Shown: positions 10,499 through 21,067 of the stretch, one piece after another
Layout of the letters: the number at the start of each line of letters is the position of its first letter
Numbering within the stretch: position 1 is the first letter of the stretch
Assembly: GCA_963765335.1 (NCBI GenBank)
Contig: CAVXWA010000010.1
Location: forward strand, 187,920 to 251,919
Length of the DNA: 64,000 nucleotides
Reading direction: 5' to 3'
DNA from: an uncultured Gammaproteobacteria bacterium
GTDB lineage: Bacteria; Pseudomonadota; Gammaproteobacteria; Xanthomonadales; Rhodanobacteraceae
Program-made: the position numbers and the translations under genes
Notes under the pieces: generated by a model
Database searches by the model: none
Seen by the model: only the letters and a program-made list of their open reading frames with translations
Told to the model about the DNA's origin: nothing

Positions 10499-11178
10499 GC
10501 CTGCCACTGATGCAAAACCTGTTTCCCAATATCGACGACTGGAGCGAGCTCGGCCAGGCCTGTATCGACACCTTGCTGATGCTTGGCGGCTCGCTGCTGC
10601 TCACCGTCACCATCGGCCTACCGCTGGGCGTGCTGTTGTATCTCACCGGCAAGGGCCAGCTGCGCGCCATGCCCAAGTTGTACGTCGTGCTTTCGCTGGT
10701 GGTGAACATCCTGCGATCGATTCCGTTCATCATCCTGATGATCGTGCTGATGCCGATCACCTACGTGCTGGTGGGCACCAAGCTTGGCATTCGCGGGGCG
10801 ATTCCGCCGCTGGTGATCGGCGCCGCGCCGTTCTTCGCGCGACTGGTGGAAACGGCGTTGCGCGAAGTGCAGCGCGGCGTGATCGAGGCGAGCCAGGCCA
10901 TGGGCGCCAGCACGTGGCAGATCGTGCGTCACGTACTGCTACCGGAGGCGCGCGCAGGCCTGCTTGCTGGTACCACCGTCACCGCCATCGCCCTGGTGGG
11001 CTATACCGCCATGGGCGGTGCGATCGGCGCGGGTGGTCTCGGCGACCTGGCCTATCGCTACGGTTATTTGAGCTACAAGTCGGACTACATGCTGGTCACC
11101 GTGGTGCTGCTTATCGTGCTGGTGCAGCTGCTGCAGATGCTCGGCGACCGCATCGTGGCGCACTACACCACGAACTAG
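10495..11178 (+). CDS. metI: Methionine ABC transporter permease
   Basis: [14 protein letters not shown]-like loop, GAGGLGDLA; overlaps metN stop. Confidence 0.95.
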   Translation: MSLPLMQNLFPNIDDWSELGQACIDTLLMLGGSLLLTVTIGLPLGVLLYLTGKGQLRAMPKLYVVLSLVVNILRSIPFIILMIVLMPITYVLVGTKLGIRGAIPPLVIGAAPFFARLVETALREVQRGVIEASQAMGASTWQIVRHVLLPEARAGLLAGTTVTAIALVGYTAMGGAIGAGGLGDLAYRYGYLSYKSDYMLVTVVLLIVLVQLLQMLGDRIVAHYTTN

Positions 11179-11207
11179 GAGCCTGTTCTCGATCTCCGCG
11201 TGGCCCG
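11179..11207. repeat. Truncated left end of MITE family A
   Basis: gagcctgttctcgatctccgcgtggcccg directly after metI TAG. Confidence 0.65.
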
Positions 11208-11265
11208 TCTTTGCATTCAGCGGTATGGACGGCTATTCTTGTGCATTGCACCAAGGCATCCCACC

Positions 11266-12066
11266 ATGAAGAAGCTGATCGCCATCGCTGCCGCCCTGCT
11301 CCTGCTGGCGGGCTGCTCGTCTTCCCAGCCCGGCGGTGACGCCGGCAGCCAGAAATTGGTGGTTGCCGCTACGGCCGTGCCGCACGCCGAGATCCTCAAG
11401 CAGGTCAAACCCCTCCTCGCCAAGGAAGGCGTAGACCTTGAGATCAAGGTATTCGCCGACTACGTGCAGCCGAACGTCCAGGTACTGGAAAAAACCATCG
11501 ATGCGAATTACTTCCAGACCAGGCCGTACCTCGACGCGTTCAATCGCGAGCGCGGCACCAACCTGATCATGGTGACTGGCGTACACATCGAGCCGTTCGG
11601 CGCCTATTCGCGCAAGCTCAAATCCATCGATCAGCTGGCCGACGGCGCCACGGTGAGCTTGCCCAACGATCCCAGCAATGGCGGCCGCGCCCTGCTGCTG
11701 ATCGCCAAGCATGGCCTGATCACCCTGAAGGACCCCAGCAACGCATTGTCTTCGCCGAAGGATATCGTGGCCAACCCCAAGCAGCTGAAGTTCCGCGAGC
11801 TGGAAGCCGCCATGCTGCCCCGCACGCTGGACGAGGTGGACCTCGCACTGATCAATACGAACTACGCGCTGGCGGCCGGGCTGAATCCGATCAAGGATGC
11901 GCTGTTGATCGAGGATAAGGATTCACCCTACGTCAACGGCCTCGTCGCCCGCCCGGACAACAAGGATGATCCGCGCATTCAGAAGCTGTCGAAGGCGCTC
12001 AATAGTCCCGAGGTGAAGGCGTTTATCGAGCAGAAATATCAGGGCGCGGTGCTGCCCGCGTTCTGA
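11266..12066 (+). CDS. metQ: MetQ/NlpA-family methionine-binding lipoprotein
   Basis: Lipobox LAGC, PHAEIL, DANYFQ, PNDPSNGGRAL. Confidence 0.95.
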   Translation: MKKLIAIAAALLLLAGCSSSQPGGDAGSQKLVVAATAVPHAEILKQVKPLLAKEGVDLEIKVFADYVQPNVQVLEKTIDANYFQTRPYLDAFNRERGTNLIMVTGVHIEPFGAYSRKLKSIDQLADGATVSLPNDPSNGGRALLLIAKHGLITLKDPSNALSSPKDIVANPKQLKFRELEAAMLPRTLDEVDLALINTNYALAAGLNPIKDALLIEDKDSPYVNGLVARPDNKDDPRIQKLSKALNSPEVKAFIEQKYQGAVLPAF

Positions 12067-12120
12067 GTGGCGCTGTTGTTTCGCTGACGCGATGTCCGAA
12101 ATCCCAGTGCATGGATTCCT

Positions 12121-12183
12121 GCAGGAGCGCACCCTGTGCGCGAAAAGCCAACGGAGCGTTGACGCCGTAATCTGCGCTCCTAC
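12121..12183. repeat. Degenerate GTAG-type REP doublet
   Basis: g(c)aggagcgcaccctgtgcgcga...tgcgctcctac, near-identical to 38026..38098. Confidence 0.8.
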
Positions 12184-12230
12184 CTGTTGACCATCAATGC
12201 CCCTGTGTGGCGGTGAGGGGGCGCTACGCC

Positions 12231-13430
12231 CTACCCGGCCACGGCCATCTCCGGCTCTGCCGGAATCTCAAACACCTGCCGCAGATAGGCCACGTAAGCG
12301 CTGTCCTCGCACATATTCTTCCCCGGCGAATCACTCAACTTCGCGACCGGCTGACCATTGCAGCGGATCATCTTGATGACGATCTGCAAAGCTTCCGGTC
12401 CCACGTCATTGGTGAGGTTGGTGCCCACGCCAAACGCCAGCTGGCAGCGTCCGTTGAAGTGTTCGTACAGACCCATCACCTTCGGAATATCCAGGCCGTC
12501 GCTGAACACCAGCACCTTGCTCCGCGGGTCGACGCGATTGGCGCGGTAGTGGGCCAGCACACGCTCGCCCCAGGCGAATGGCTCGCCGGAGTCGTGCCGC
12601 GTGCCGTCGAACAGTTTGCAGAAGTACATGTCGAAATCGCGCAGGAATGCGCTCAAGCCATAGACGTCCGACAACGCGATGCCCAGGTCACCGCGATACT
12701 CCTTGGCCCAGGTTTCCAGTGCCGCGATCTGCGAATCGCGCAAGCGCGGCCCCAACGCCTGATGCGCCTGAAGGTATTCGTGGGCGAGCGTGCCCAGTGG
12801 CGTCAACCCGAGTTGTCGAGCCAGAAAGACATTGCTGGTGCCCGCCAATTGCTGCCCCAAGCCATCACGCAGCGTGGTCACCACTTCTTCATGCCACTCG
12901 CGGGAGTAGCGGCGACGCGTACCGTAGTCAGCGATTCGGCAGGCCTGATAGCCCTCGGTGTCACGCAGTAGCGAAATTTTCTCGCGCAGCCGGCGCCTGC
13001 CTTCGCTGAGATCAAGCCCTGGCTGGGTGTTGCGGAAATACACTTCGTTGACGATCGCCAACAGCGGCACTTCGAACAAAATGGTGTGCAGCCACGGGCC
13101 ACGAATGCGGATCTCAATCTCGCCGGGACGATCTGCGGCGGGATGGATATCGACATACTTCGCGTTGAGCTGGAACAGTCCCAGGAAGTCGACGAAATCG
13201 CTTTTGATAAAGCGCCAGCTGCGCAGGTAGTCCAGTTCGTCCGTGGTGAAACGAAGCAAGCACAGCGCATCGAGTTCGGCGCGAATTTCGTCGATATAGG
13301 GCACCAGGTTGGTACCGGGGTTGCGGCACTTGAACTTGTACTCGACCTGCGCTGCCGGGTAGTGGTGCAGCACCACCTGCATCATGGAGAACTTGTACAG
13401 GTCGGTGTCGAGCAGAGAGGTGACGATCAT
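12231..13430 (-). CDS. pncB: Nicotinate phosphoribosyltransferase
   Basis: [38 protein letters not shown]. Confidence 0.96.
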   Translation of the reverse strand: MIVTSLLDTDLYKFSMMQVVLHHYPAAQVEYKFKCRNPGTNLVPYIDEIRAELDALCLLRFTTDELDYLRSWRFIKSDFVDFLGLFQLNAKYVDIHPAADRPGEIEIRIRGPWLHTILFEVPLLAIVNEVYFRNTQPGLDLSEGRRRLREKISLLRDTEGYQACRIADYGTRRRYSREWHEEVVTTLRDGLGQQLAGTSNVFLARQLGLTPLGTLAHEYLQAHQALGPRLRDSQIAALETWAKEYRGDLGIALSDVYGLSAFLRDFDMYFCKLFDGTRHDSGEPFAWGERVLAHYRANRVDPRSKVLVFSDGLDIPKVMGLYEHFNGRCQLAFGVGTNLTNDVGPEALQIVIKMIRCNGQPVAKLSDSPGKNMCEDSAYVAYLRQVFEIPAEPEMAVAG

Positions 13431-13526
13431 GAGTCGCTCAAGCGGCAAGGCGGCGCACGAGGCGCGGCGGTAATCACGATTATCCCCGCCCAGGTACCTG
13501 TGAAGCGAGCGCGTCGTGGTCGCCAG

Positions 13527-13672
13527 AAAAATTAAAACCTCGGTAGTCAGGGGAGGGACTACCGAGGTTCTGTCAGGCCGGTCTCAAAAAACAAAGAGGG
13601 GATATGGACCGACCCCCCAGTGGCGCGATCTTGCTGCACCACTTCTTGTCGCCGTCACGGCGATACGAGACA
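13527..13672 (-). ncRNA. Candidate sRNA or pncB leader: four hairpins, two with C-rich loops, ending in an intrinsic terminator
   Basis: Stems TCGCCG/CGGCGA, AGTGGTGC/GCGCCACT, GGTCGGTC/GACCGGCC, AACCTCGGTAGTC/GACTACCGAGGTT plus TTAATTTTT. Confidence 0.6.
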
Positions 13673-13923
13673 TTAGTGTGGCCGCCCCTGATCTAGTTCA
13701 AGGGCGCCCTCGGTTTCGTTCAGCTTCTGGCAAGCTGGAGCCGATGGCGGCGATGAATGCTCGCCCGAAGAATGCTCTAAATCATTGAGCGCTTTGGCTT
13801 CTGCCGCACCAGCGCACTGTTCAGAACGATACCCATATGTGGCCGCCGCAACGATCTATCCAGGTCCGCCGTGGTGGGTTTCGGCTGGCTCTACAATCGG
13901 CGGCGCCCACCACTGGATATCCC

Positions 13924-14745
13924 ATGACCTCGCTGTTGCGCTGCCTGTCCCTGCTTGTCCTTGGCCTCGCCCTCCCCTTGCACGCGGCGGAGTTGAAGAT
14001 CGATCTCGGCCAGGCCGTGCGGACTTATGACACGACGCAATTACTCGCCCGCGACGATGCGCGCACGATCAGCATTCCCGCTGACGTGGCGTTCAAGCGC
14101 CCCATGCGCTATCGCGCCGTTCCGCTCAAGGCATTGCTGGAAGGCGCGTCGGCCCAGGATGCCCTGCTGTTCGTGGCCACCGACGGTTTCGCCGCTGAGA
14201 TACCCGCCGCACTCATCCGCAATGCGCATGGCTCCGAAGCGTGGCTGGCCATTGAAGAGCCGACGCATCCCTGGCCGGCGCTTGCCGAAGGCAAGGGCGA
14301 TGCGGGGCCGTTCTATGTGGTGTGGACCGATCCGTCGTCCATGAAGATCGGCCCCGAGCAATGGCCCTACCAGCTGGCAACCATCCGCAGGCTTGCTCCT
14401 GTGGCAGAGCGCTTCCCGGCCATCCGACCCGATGCCGCGATGAAGCCGGATGGCATCGTGCAGCAAGGCTTTACGGTCTTCCAACGCACCTGCTTTGCCT
14501 GCCATACGCTCAATGGCCAGGGTGATGCGCGACTCGGGCCCGACCTCAACATTCCGCACAACCCGACCGAATACCTTCGTGGGGATCTGCTACGCGCCTA
14601 TATCCGCGATCCGCAATCACTGCGCCAATGGCCGCAGGCCCGCATGCCGGGTTTTGACAGGCAGGCCTTGTCCGATAGCGATATGGATGCGCTGCTTGCC
14701 TACTTGCGCCACATGAGTGGCCGCAAGATCAACTGCAAACCCTAA
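13924..14745 (+). CDS. Periplasmic c-type cytochrome with N-terminal extra domain
   Basis: Signal peptide, CFACH heme motif, GPDL, ARMP. Confidence 0.85.
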   Translation: MTSLLRCLSLLVLGLALPLHAAELKIDLGQAVRTYDTTQLLARDDARTISIPADVAFKRPMRYRAVPLKALLEGASAQDALLFVATDGFAAEIPAALIRNAHGSEAWLAIEEPTHPWPALAEGKGDAGPFYVVWTDPSSMKIGPEQWPYQLATIRRLAPVAERFPAIRPDAAMKPDGIVQQGFTVFQRTCFACHTLNGQGDARLGPDLNIPHNPTEYLRGDLLRAYIRDPQSLRQWPQARMPGFDRQALSDSDMDALLAYLRHMSGRKINCKP

Positions 14746-14755
14746 GGTCGACCCG

Positions 14756-15889
14756 CTAGCGAAGATCAGCCGGGACGCGGCCAGCTTCATCCTCGGCTAC
14801 CGGCTTAGTCGGAGCCGCCGCGTCGAGCCACTGTTGCAGGGCTTTTTCACGTTGCGCCGGCGCAAGCCGCGAAAGCCCCCGCACGCTGGCATAGAACGCC
14901 GGCCATTGCTGTTCGGCCTGCGCGAACATCACGGCGAACGCCGGCGTCCAGCGGTCATAAAGCCCGAAAGGCAGCAACCGCGCGTTATTGATCGGCGCCG
15001 CCACCCACGCGTCGTAGCCATGTTCGCTCGGCCACTCGCGCTCACGCCATTGCGCGTAGCGCATGCGAAATGCCTCGATTTCGTGCGCCTTGCCGGCGGC
15101 GAGGGCGGATTCGCCGACACCGCTCGCATAGAGGGTCTTCAGGCGATCGCGCAGATCGAGCGCGAGCTTCGTGAACCCATCGTCCATCGCCTTGACGTGG
15201 TCGTCCTGAGGCGGCAGCCCGCGTGAACGCCGCCATTCGCGCAAGCCTTGCTCCTGCACGAACGAGGCGAAGGACTCGTTGAACGCGCTGTCGTCCTTCA
15301 CATATAGCAGTTGATGCGCCAGCTCGTGAAAAATCGTTCCAACAAGTTCGTCGTCGTCCCAACGCATCATGCTGCTGAGGATCGAGTCGGCAAACCAGCC
15401 CAGCGTGGAATACGCACTGACGCCACTGACGTAGACATCGTTGCCCTTCGCCTCCAGCCGCGCTGCTTCAGCCTTCGCCTTGTCACGCTCGAAATAGCCC
15501 CGATACGCGACGCAACCGGCAATGAAAAAGCAATGCTGGATTGGTTCAACGGAGTAGCGCGGCGTGGCGAGGACGTTCCACACGACATAAGGCCGATCGA
15601 GCTTTACGTAGCTGGTATAGCTGCGGTTATCAGGCAAGCCGAGATGCTCGGAAGCGAATCGACGCGCTTGCTGCGACATTGCCAGCCGCTGCTTCACTGC
15701 CGGATCGGTGGCGGGGTCATCCATGACCTTGGCGACAGCTTCACGATGCAACACCAAGGCACCCTGCCCGCCCGCCACATGGGCGTAGTAGCCCATCGTG
15801 CTGCAGGCGGTAAGCATAAAGCCCACCGCCAAAACGACGATGGGCCCAAGGATTGGTCTGATAGGCGGCAGCAAGGCAAACAACCTCAT
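14756..15889 (-). CDS. Putative zinc aminopeptidase lipoprotein
   Basis: LTAC lipobox, GCVAYRGYF, AYSTLGWF, FHELAH (HExxH), FNESFA. Confidence 0.88.
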   Translation of the reverse strand: MRLFALLPPIRPILGPIVVLAVGFMLTACSTMGYYAHVAGGQGALVLHREAVAKVMDDPATDPAVKQRLAMSQQARRFASEHLGLPDNRSYTSYVKLDRPYVVWNVLATPRYSVEPIQHCFFIAGCVAYRGYFERDKAKAEAARLEAKGNDVYVSGVSAYSTLGWFADSILSSMMRWDDDELVGTIFHELAHQLLYVKDDSAFNESFASFVQEQGLREWRRSRGLPPQDDHVKAMDDGFTKLALDLRDRLKTLYASGVGESALAAGKAHEIEAFRMRYAQWREREWPSEHGYDAWVAAPINNARLLPFGLYDRWTPAFAVMFAQAEQQWPAFYASVRGLSRLAPAQREKALQQWLDAAAPTKPVAEDEAGRVPADLR

Positions 15890-15909
15890 GCCGCCATTGT
15901 GCACTGACT

Positions 15910-16290
15910 TCAGTGGCCGTTGCTGCCGTGGCCAGCGTGTCCGCCGCTCCAGCCGTGGCCGCCGTAGTGACCGGAGCCGCCGTGTCCGTAGTACCCGCCG
16001 TGTCCGTAGTACCCGCCATGGCCGTAGTAACGGCCGTAGTAGCCTCCGCCGTACCAGCCACCAATGCCGACGGCCACCGTCGGTCCGTAGCAGCAACCGT
16101 AATAGCCGTAGTAGCCCGGGTAGTAATAACCCGGGTAGTAGCCGCCGCTATAGACCACGCCGTTACCGTAGTAAGCATCGCCGCCATAGGCGACGCCCGG
16201 ACGAACGTAGTTGTAACCCGGGTCGTAGTAACAGCCGGAAATCGCCAAGGTGGCGGCCACCAGGGCGATGCCGACAAGCATGCGTTTCAT
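15910..16290 (-). CDS. Gly/Tyr/His-rich low-complexity lipoprotein
   Basis: ISGC lipobox, YYPG and GGYYGH repeats. Confidence 0.8.
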   Translation of the reverse strand: MKRMLVGIALVAATLAISGCYYDPGYNYVRPGVAYGGDAYYGNGVVYSGGYYPGYYYPGYYGYYGCCYGPTVAVGIGGWYGGGYYGRYYGHGGYYGHGGYYGHGGSGHYGGHGWSGGHAGHGSNGH

Positions 16291-16408
16291 GACCGAAGCC
16301 TCAGGGGTGGGTAGCTCTACGCTAGACCCCGATAGCTAAGTGCCCACTGAACGCAGACGACCCGAACCGGGAATATTTACCTGCCAGCCATGCCTGCCCG
16401 CAGGCGCT

Positions 16409-17011
16409 TCAAAATCGCGGCTGCGCCAGCTGTCCGAGGAAATGCGGGAGGACGTCGGGGCGGATCAGCAAAGTGAAGATCACGCCGAACGCCGCACCCC
16501 ACAAATGGGCACTATGATTGACGTTGCCGCCACCGCGCCGGTCCATGTAGACCGAATACGCCACATACAGCACGGCGTAGATGATCGCCGGCATGGGTAG
16601 CACGAGCACCACGATGCGTGACCATGGCGCGATCAGGATGTAGGAAAACAGCACCGCCGAAACCGCCCCCGATGCGCCCAGGCTGCGGTAATTGGGGTTG
16701 CGGCGGTTTTTCAGGTACGTGGGCAGGATCGAAACCACCAGCGCCACGATATAGAACAGCGCGAAGCCCAGCGTGCCCAGAGTGGCCGTGTACAGGCCTT
16801 CCATGACACGGCCAAAGAAGAACAGCGTGATCATGTTGAACAACAGATGGCTGCCGTCGGCATGAATCACGCCATAGGTCACCAGCCGGTGGTACTCGCG
16901 ATGGCGGGTGATGGCAGGCGGCCACAGGATCAGGTCGTTCATGAGGCGCGCGTTGTTGAACGCCATGAACGAGACGACGCAGGTGATGCCAATGATGATC
17001 AAGGTGATCAT
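16409..17011 (-). CDS. Rhomboid family intramembrane serine protease
   Basis: HLLFNM, GASG, HSAHLWG. Confidence 0.94.
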   Translation of the reverse strand: MITLIIIGITCVVSFMAFNNARLMNDLILWPPAITRHREYHRLVTYGVIHADGSHLLFNMITLFFFGRVMEGLYTATLGTLGFALFYIVALVVSILPTYLKNRRNPNYRSLGASGAVSAVLFSYILIAPWSRIVVLVLPMPAIIYAVLYVAYSVYMDRRGGGNVNHSAHLWGAAFGVIFTLLIRPDVLPHFLGQLAQPRF

Positions 17012-17176
17012 TCGGTGTTCCAGAAGGCCCGAGGGGCAATGACAAAGAGCGTCATCTTGGCTGCGCACGGACCACTTGTCGACTCCGCCCGGGGCGAAAT
17101 ACCGCGCGCTCCGGGGCAATCCGGACTATGATTCGCGACTTTCACGCGTTCCCCCCAACGCCTGTAGACCACATCC

Positions 17177-18058
17177 ATGTCGATCCGTTACCTGCATCTG
17201 GACGTCTTTGCCGCCACGCGCGGCGGCGGCAACCATCTGGGCGTCGTCACTGACGCTACCGGCTGGAGCGATGCTCGCATGCAAGCCTTTGCCCGCTGGA
17301 CCAACCTGGTGGAAACCACCTTCCTGTTGCCGCCGACGCAGCCGGATGCCAGCTACCGCGTGCGTATCTTCACGCCGCACAAGGAAATTCCCTTTGCCGG
17401 CCACCCCAGCATCGGCAGTGCACATGCCGTGCTGCTCTGTGGCCTGGCCACACCGGTCGACGGCGTGCTGTGGCAGGAATGCGGCGCCGGCGTGCTACCC
17501 ATCCGGATCGAGGGTAGCGGCGATTCACGCCAGTTGCTGTTGAAATCACCCCACGCGACCGTCGAGAAAACCGGCCGCGATGCCCACCCGCTGCTGCATG
17601 ACGCACTGACCGGCATCGAACTGGGTACCCTGCCTCCCGCCTATGTGGCCGGCGGCCGTCACTGGTGGCTAGCCGAGTGCTCGGACGAAGACAGTCTGCG
17701 ACGCTGGCAGCCCGACCACACGACCATCGGCGCCCTGGCGCGCGCCACCGACAGCCTGGGCTTGTGTGTGTTCGCGCGCAGCTCGCACCCGGCCTACCAG
17801 CTCGTGGTGCGGGCCTTCCCCGCTGGCGTCGGCCTGGTGGAAGATCCCGCTTCCGGCGCGGCGAACGGCCTGATCGCTGCCTATATAGCCCATGCCGAGC
17901 CCACGGGCCCGTTGGCTCGCGGTTACACGGTCAGCCAGGGCCGCGAGATCGGTCACGACGCCAGTCTCGTGGTACGTATCGACGGCAACACCGTATGGAT
18001 TGGCGGGCGCACGCACACCATCATTGACGGCACCCTGCACTGGAACGGCCAGGATTGA
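17177..18058 (+). CDS. PhzF family epimerase/isomerase
   Basis: DVF...[27 protein letters not shown]. Confidence 0.93.
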   Translation: MSIRYLHLDVFAATRGGGNHLGVVTDATGWSDARMQAFARWTNLVETTFLLPPTQPDASYRVRIFTPHKEIPFAGHPSIGSAHAVLLCGLATPVDGVLWQECGAGVLPIRIEGSGDSRQLLLKSPHATVEKTGRDAHPLLHDALTGIELGTLPPAYVAGGRHWWLAECSDEDSLRRWQPDHTTIGALARATDSLGLCVFARSSHPAYQLVVRAFPAGVGLVEDPASGAANGLIAAYIAHAEPTGPLARGYTVSQGREIGHDASLVVRIDGNTVWIGGRTHTIIDGTLHWNGQD

Positions 18059-18522
18059 ACCCCAACGCGCAAATTTGGGTGGACGCTGACGCCTGCCCCG
18101 TGGCGATCAAGGAGATCCTGTTTCGTGCCGCCGAGCGAGAGCAGATTCCCGTCACCCTGGTCGCCAACCAATGGCTGCGCACGCCACCCTCGCGTCTCAT
18201 TCGATCCATCCAGGTACCCGCCGGACTAGACGTCGCCGATAACGAAATCGTGCAAAACGTCAGCGCGGATGACCTGGTGGTGACGCAGGACATCCCGCTC
18301 GCCGCCTTGGTGATCGAGAAAGGTGGCCTGGCCATTCATCCACGCGGCGAGCTGTATACCGCCGAGACCATCGCGCAGAGATTGGGCATGCGCAACTTCA
18401 TGGAAGAACTGCGCGGCGCCGGCATCGATACCGGCGGTCCGGCGGCGTTTCATGCACGCGACAAGCAGGCGTTTGCGAACCAGTTGGACCGTTGGCTCAC
18501 CCAGCGTCGGCAGGCGCGTTAG
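18055..18522 (+). CDS. yaiI: YaiI/YqxD family protein
   Basis: [23 protein letters not shown]. Confidence 0.92.
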   Translation: MNPNAQIWVDADACPVAIKEILFRAAEREQIPVTLVANQWLRTPPSRLIRSIQVPAGLDVADNEIVQNVSADDLVVTQDIPLAALVIEKGGLAIHPRGELYTAETIAQRLGMRNFMEELRGAGIDTGGPAAFHARDKQAFANQLDRWLTQRRQAR

Positions 18523-18552
18523 AGCCCGCTTACGCTCTCTCTCTCACCTTAA

Positions 18553-18582
18553 CCGTCATCCCAGCGAAAGCTGGAATGACGG
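18553..18582. repeat. CGTC-type REP hairpin / possible bidirectional terminator
   Basis: ccgtcatcccagcgaaagctggaatgacgg between convergent genes. Confidence 0.6.
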
Positions 18583-18613
18583 TAAGGAAATATGAGGGAT
18601 CGTGAACAGGCTC

Positions 18614-19501
18614 CTAGAGTTTTCGCTCGTCGAGGCGGGCACGACGCGCTGCCACTTCCGCCATCACCGACCAGTCGACGTCCTCGTCGCCCGCAGCAAG
18701 CGCTTCGAGCAGGCTGTCGCGCAGCAAGCCCGCCAACGGTAGCGGCACTCGCAGAGCGTCAGCGGCAGTCAGAGCAAGGCCGATATCCTTGTAGCCCAGC
18801 GGCAGCGCAAATCCGGCTGGCTTATAGCGCTGCGCTGCAATGAGCTTGGCGTAGCCCTGATAGGCCGGCGCGGCGAACAAGGTGCCGGTCATGACTTCCA
18901 GGAAATCAGCCGCACTGACACCATGCGCGCGCGCCAGTACCGATGCCTCGGCCATGCTTTCGATGGCTGCGCCAAGCATGAAATTACCCGCGATTTTCAC
19001 CACGTTGGCGCGCTCCGGCGCGTCGCCTAGCGGCCAGATGCGGCTGCCCATCGCTTCCAGCAATGGGCGTACGCGCTCGATCACCGCCGGCTTGCCCGCG
19101 GCCAGGATATTCAGCTTGCCCGCCGCGGCCACATCGGGACGACCGAATACCGGCGCAGCGACATAGTCGATTCCACGCGTGATGTGCTCGTCAGCCAGCT
19201 CCCTTGCCAGCGCAACGGAAATGGTGGCGTGATTGACGTGCACCGTGCCCGAATCCACGCCATCGAGCAGGCCACCGGCTAGCATGACGTCGCGCACGGC
19301 TTGATCGTTGGCCAGCATGCTGAACAGCACTTCACCCTGCGCCGCTCGGTCCGCACTCTTGACCACTTTGGCACCCAGCGATGCCAGCGGCTCGGTGGCA
19401 CCCGGCGACCGGTTCCACACGGTCACTTCGTGACCCGCCTTGATGAGATTGCTGGCCATGGCACTGCCCATGGCACCAAGACCGATAAAGCCGACTTTCA
19501 T
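18614..19501 (-). CDS. NAD(P)-dependent oxidoreductase, beta-hydroxyacid dehydrogenase family
   Basis: VGFIGLGAMG, VWNRS, APVFG, KIAGN. Confidence 0.92.
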   Translation of the reverse strand: MKVGFIGLGAMGSAMASNLIKAGHEVTVWNRSPGATEPLASLGAKVVKSADRAAQGEVLFSMLANDQAVRDVMLAGGLLDGVDSGTVHVNHATISVALARELADEHITRGIDYVAAPVFGRPDVAAAGKLNILAAGKPAVIERVRPLLEAMGSRIWPLGDAPERANVVKIAGNFMLGAAIESMAEASVLARAHGVSAADFLEVMTGTLFAAPAYQGYAKLIAAQRYKPAGFALPLGYKDIGLALTAADALRVPLPLAGLLRDSLLEALAAGDEDVDWSVMAEVAARRARLDERKL

Positions 19502-19572
19502 AGGAAGCTCCTGCATCTAGTGCATCGGGAGAGTGAAGCACTTGCGGTGTTCAAGTCATGCGAAACGGGTGC

Positions 19573-20775
19573 TCAAGCCACTTCACCGGCGGCTTGCCCG
19601 GATGCCCAGGCCCATTGGAAGTTGTAGCCACCCAACCAGCCCGTGACATCGACCACTTCGCCGATAAAGAACAAGCCGGGCACGAGTTTCGATTGCATGG
19701 TGGACGAAGAAAGACCATCGGTATCGACGCCGCCCAAGGTGACCTCCGCCGTGCGATAGCCTTCCGTGCCACTGGCGACCATGGGCCAGTCGTGCAGCTG
19801 TGCACCGATGTTCGCCAACTCTGCCTCGCGATATTGGCGCATGGGACGACTCTCGAACCAAAGCTCGCAGAGCCTTTGCGCCAGACGCTTGGGCAACAGA
19901 TCAGCCAGTACATTTTTCAGCTCGGCGGCGGGGCGCGCGACGCGTTGGGATGGCAGCCAGGTGGTGGCATCCTGGTCAGGCAGCAGATCGATACGCAGAT
20001 CGTCGCCCGGCAGCCAGTAGGACGAAATCTGCAGGATCGCCGGCCCGCTGATGCCGCGATGCGTGAACAGCAGGCCCGCACGGAACGAACGCTTGCCCGC
20101 ACGTGCCTCCACCGCGGGCAGCGCCACGCCGGATAGGTCCTGATAGTGCTCTTGATGCTTGCCGCTCAGGGTCAGCGGGACCAGCCCTGCCCTGACCGGC
20201 AACACGGCATGGCCAAATTGCCGGGCGATTTCGTAGCCAAGGCCGCTGGCGCCCATGCTGGGAATCGACAGGCCACCGGAAGCGACGACCAGGGACTCGG
20301 CATGCACCTCACCACGCGCCGTGATCACGCTGAACCCTTCCTGCGACCGCCGCACCCGCTCGACACCGCAGCTCGTTTCGATACGTACGCCAGCCAGATC
20401 ACATTCGTCCAGCAACATGCGAACGATCTGCTTGGACGAGTCGTCGCAAAACAACTGCCCAAGTTCCTTCTCGTGATATGCGATGCGATGTTTCTCGACC
20501 AGCGCAATGAAATCCGAGGGCGTATAGCGCGCCAGCGCCGACTTGGCGAAATGCGGGTTGGCCGAAAGGTAACTGGCCGGGGTGACACCGAGATTCGTGA
20601 AATTGCAGCGTCCGCCACCGGACATCAGGATCTTCTTGCCGACCTTGTTGGCATGATCCACCACCAGCACACGCCGGCCACGCTGGCCGGCCGCTATCGC
20701 GCACATCAGCCCGGCGGCACCGGCGCCAATGATCAGCACATCCACCTTCACGCGCACACCGCCTTCATCACCCAA
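19573..20775 (-). CDS. HI0933/YhiN-family flavoprotein
   Basis: IIGAGAAG, GKKILMSGGGRCNFTN, LFTHRGISGP, GGYNFQWAWASG. Confidence 0.93.
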   Translation of the reverse strand: MGDEGGVRVKVDVLIIGAGAAGLMCAIAAGQRGRRVLVVDHANKVGKKILMSGGGRCNFTNLGVTPASYLSANPHFAKSALARYTPSDFIALVEKHRIAYHEKELGQLFCDDSSKQIVRMLLDECDLAGVRIETSCGVERVRRSQEGFSVITARGEVHAESLVVASGGLSIPSMGASGLGYEIARQFGHAVLPVRAGLVPLTLSGKHQEHYQDLSGVALPAVEARAGKRSFRAGLLFTHRGISGPAILQISSYWLPGDDLRIDLLPDQDATTWLPSQRVARPAAELKNVLADLLPKRLAQRLCELWFESRPMRQYREAELANIGAQLHDWPMVASGTEGYRTAEVTLGGVDTDGLSSSTMQSKLVPGLFFIGEVVDVTGWLGGYNFQWAWASGQAAGEVA

Positions 20776-20825
20776 TCCTCTTGCACAAGTCGTGCATTAT
20801 CCGACAGTCGCCGCAACATCGCTTA

Positions 20826-21028
20826 GAGCCTGTTTACGGTCTCCGCATGGCCCGCGCCGGGAGTTGTTTGCGCGCAGACCAAGGAAGAACGAGGGCACGC
20901 GGAGAGGCGCCATGGATGGCGCCGGTGCTGGGGAGCGAGGAGTGTACGTCCGTACACGACTGAGCGCTGACGCGAGGCTGCGGGCAAACAGACCCGGCCC
21001 GGGCTATGCGGAGATCGTAAACAAGCTC
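20826..21028. mobile_element. MITE family A, copy 2 (in divergent promoter region upstream of yajQ)
   Basis: GAGCCTGTTTACG...CGTAAACAAGCTC with perfect TTA duplication. Confidence 0.85.
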
Positions 21029-21067
21029 TTATACTGCATGATCTTCACTGTTCACAGAGCCGCCATC

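Noticed and set aside
15890-16096. Arg-rich N-terminal extension of the 446-aa aminopeptidase ORF
   Set aside because: Alternative frame of the Gly/Tyr-rich lipoprotein gene.
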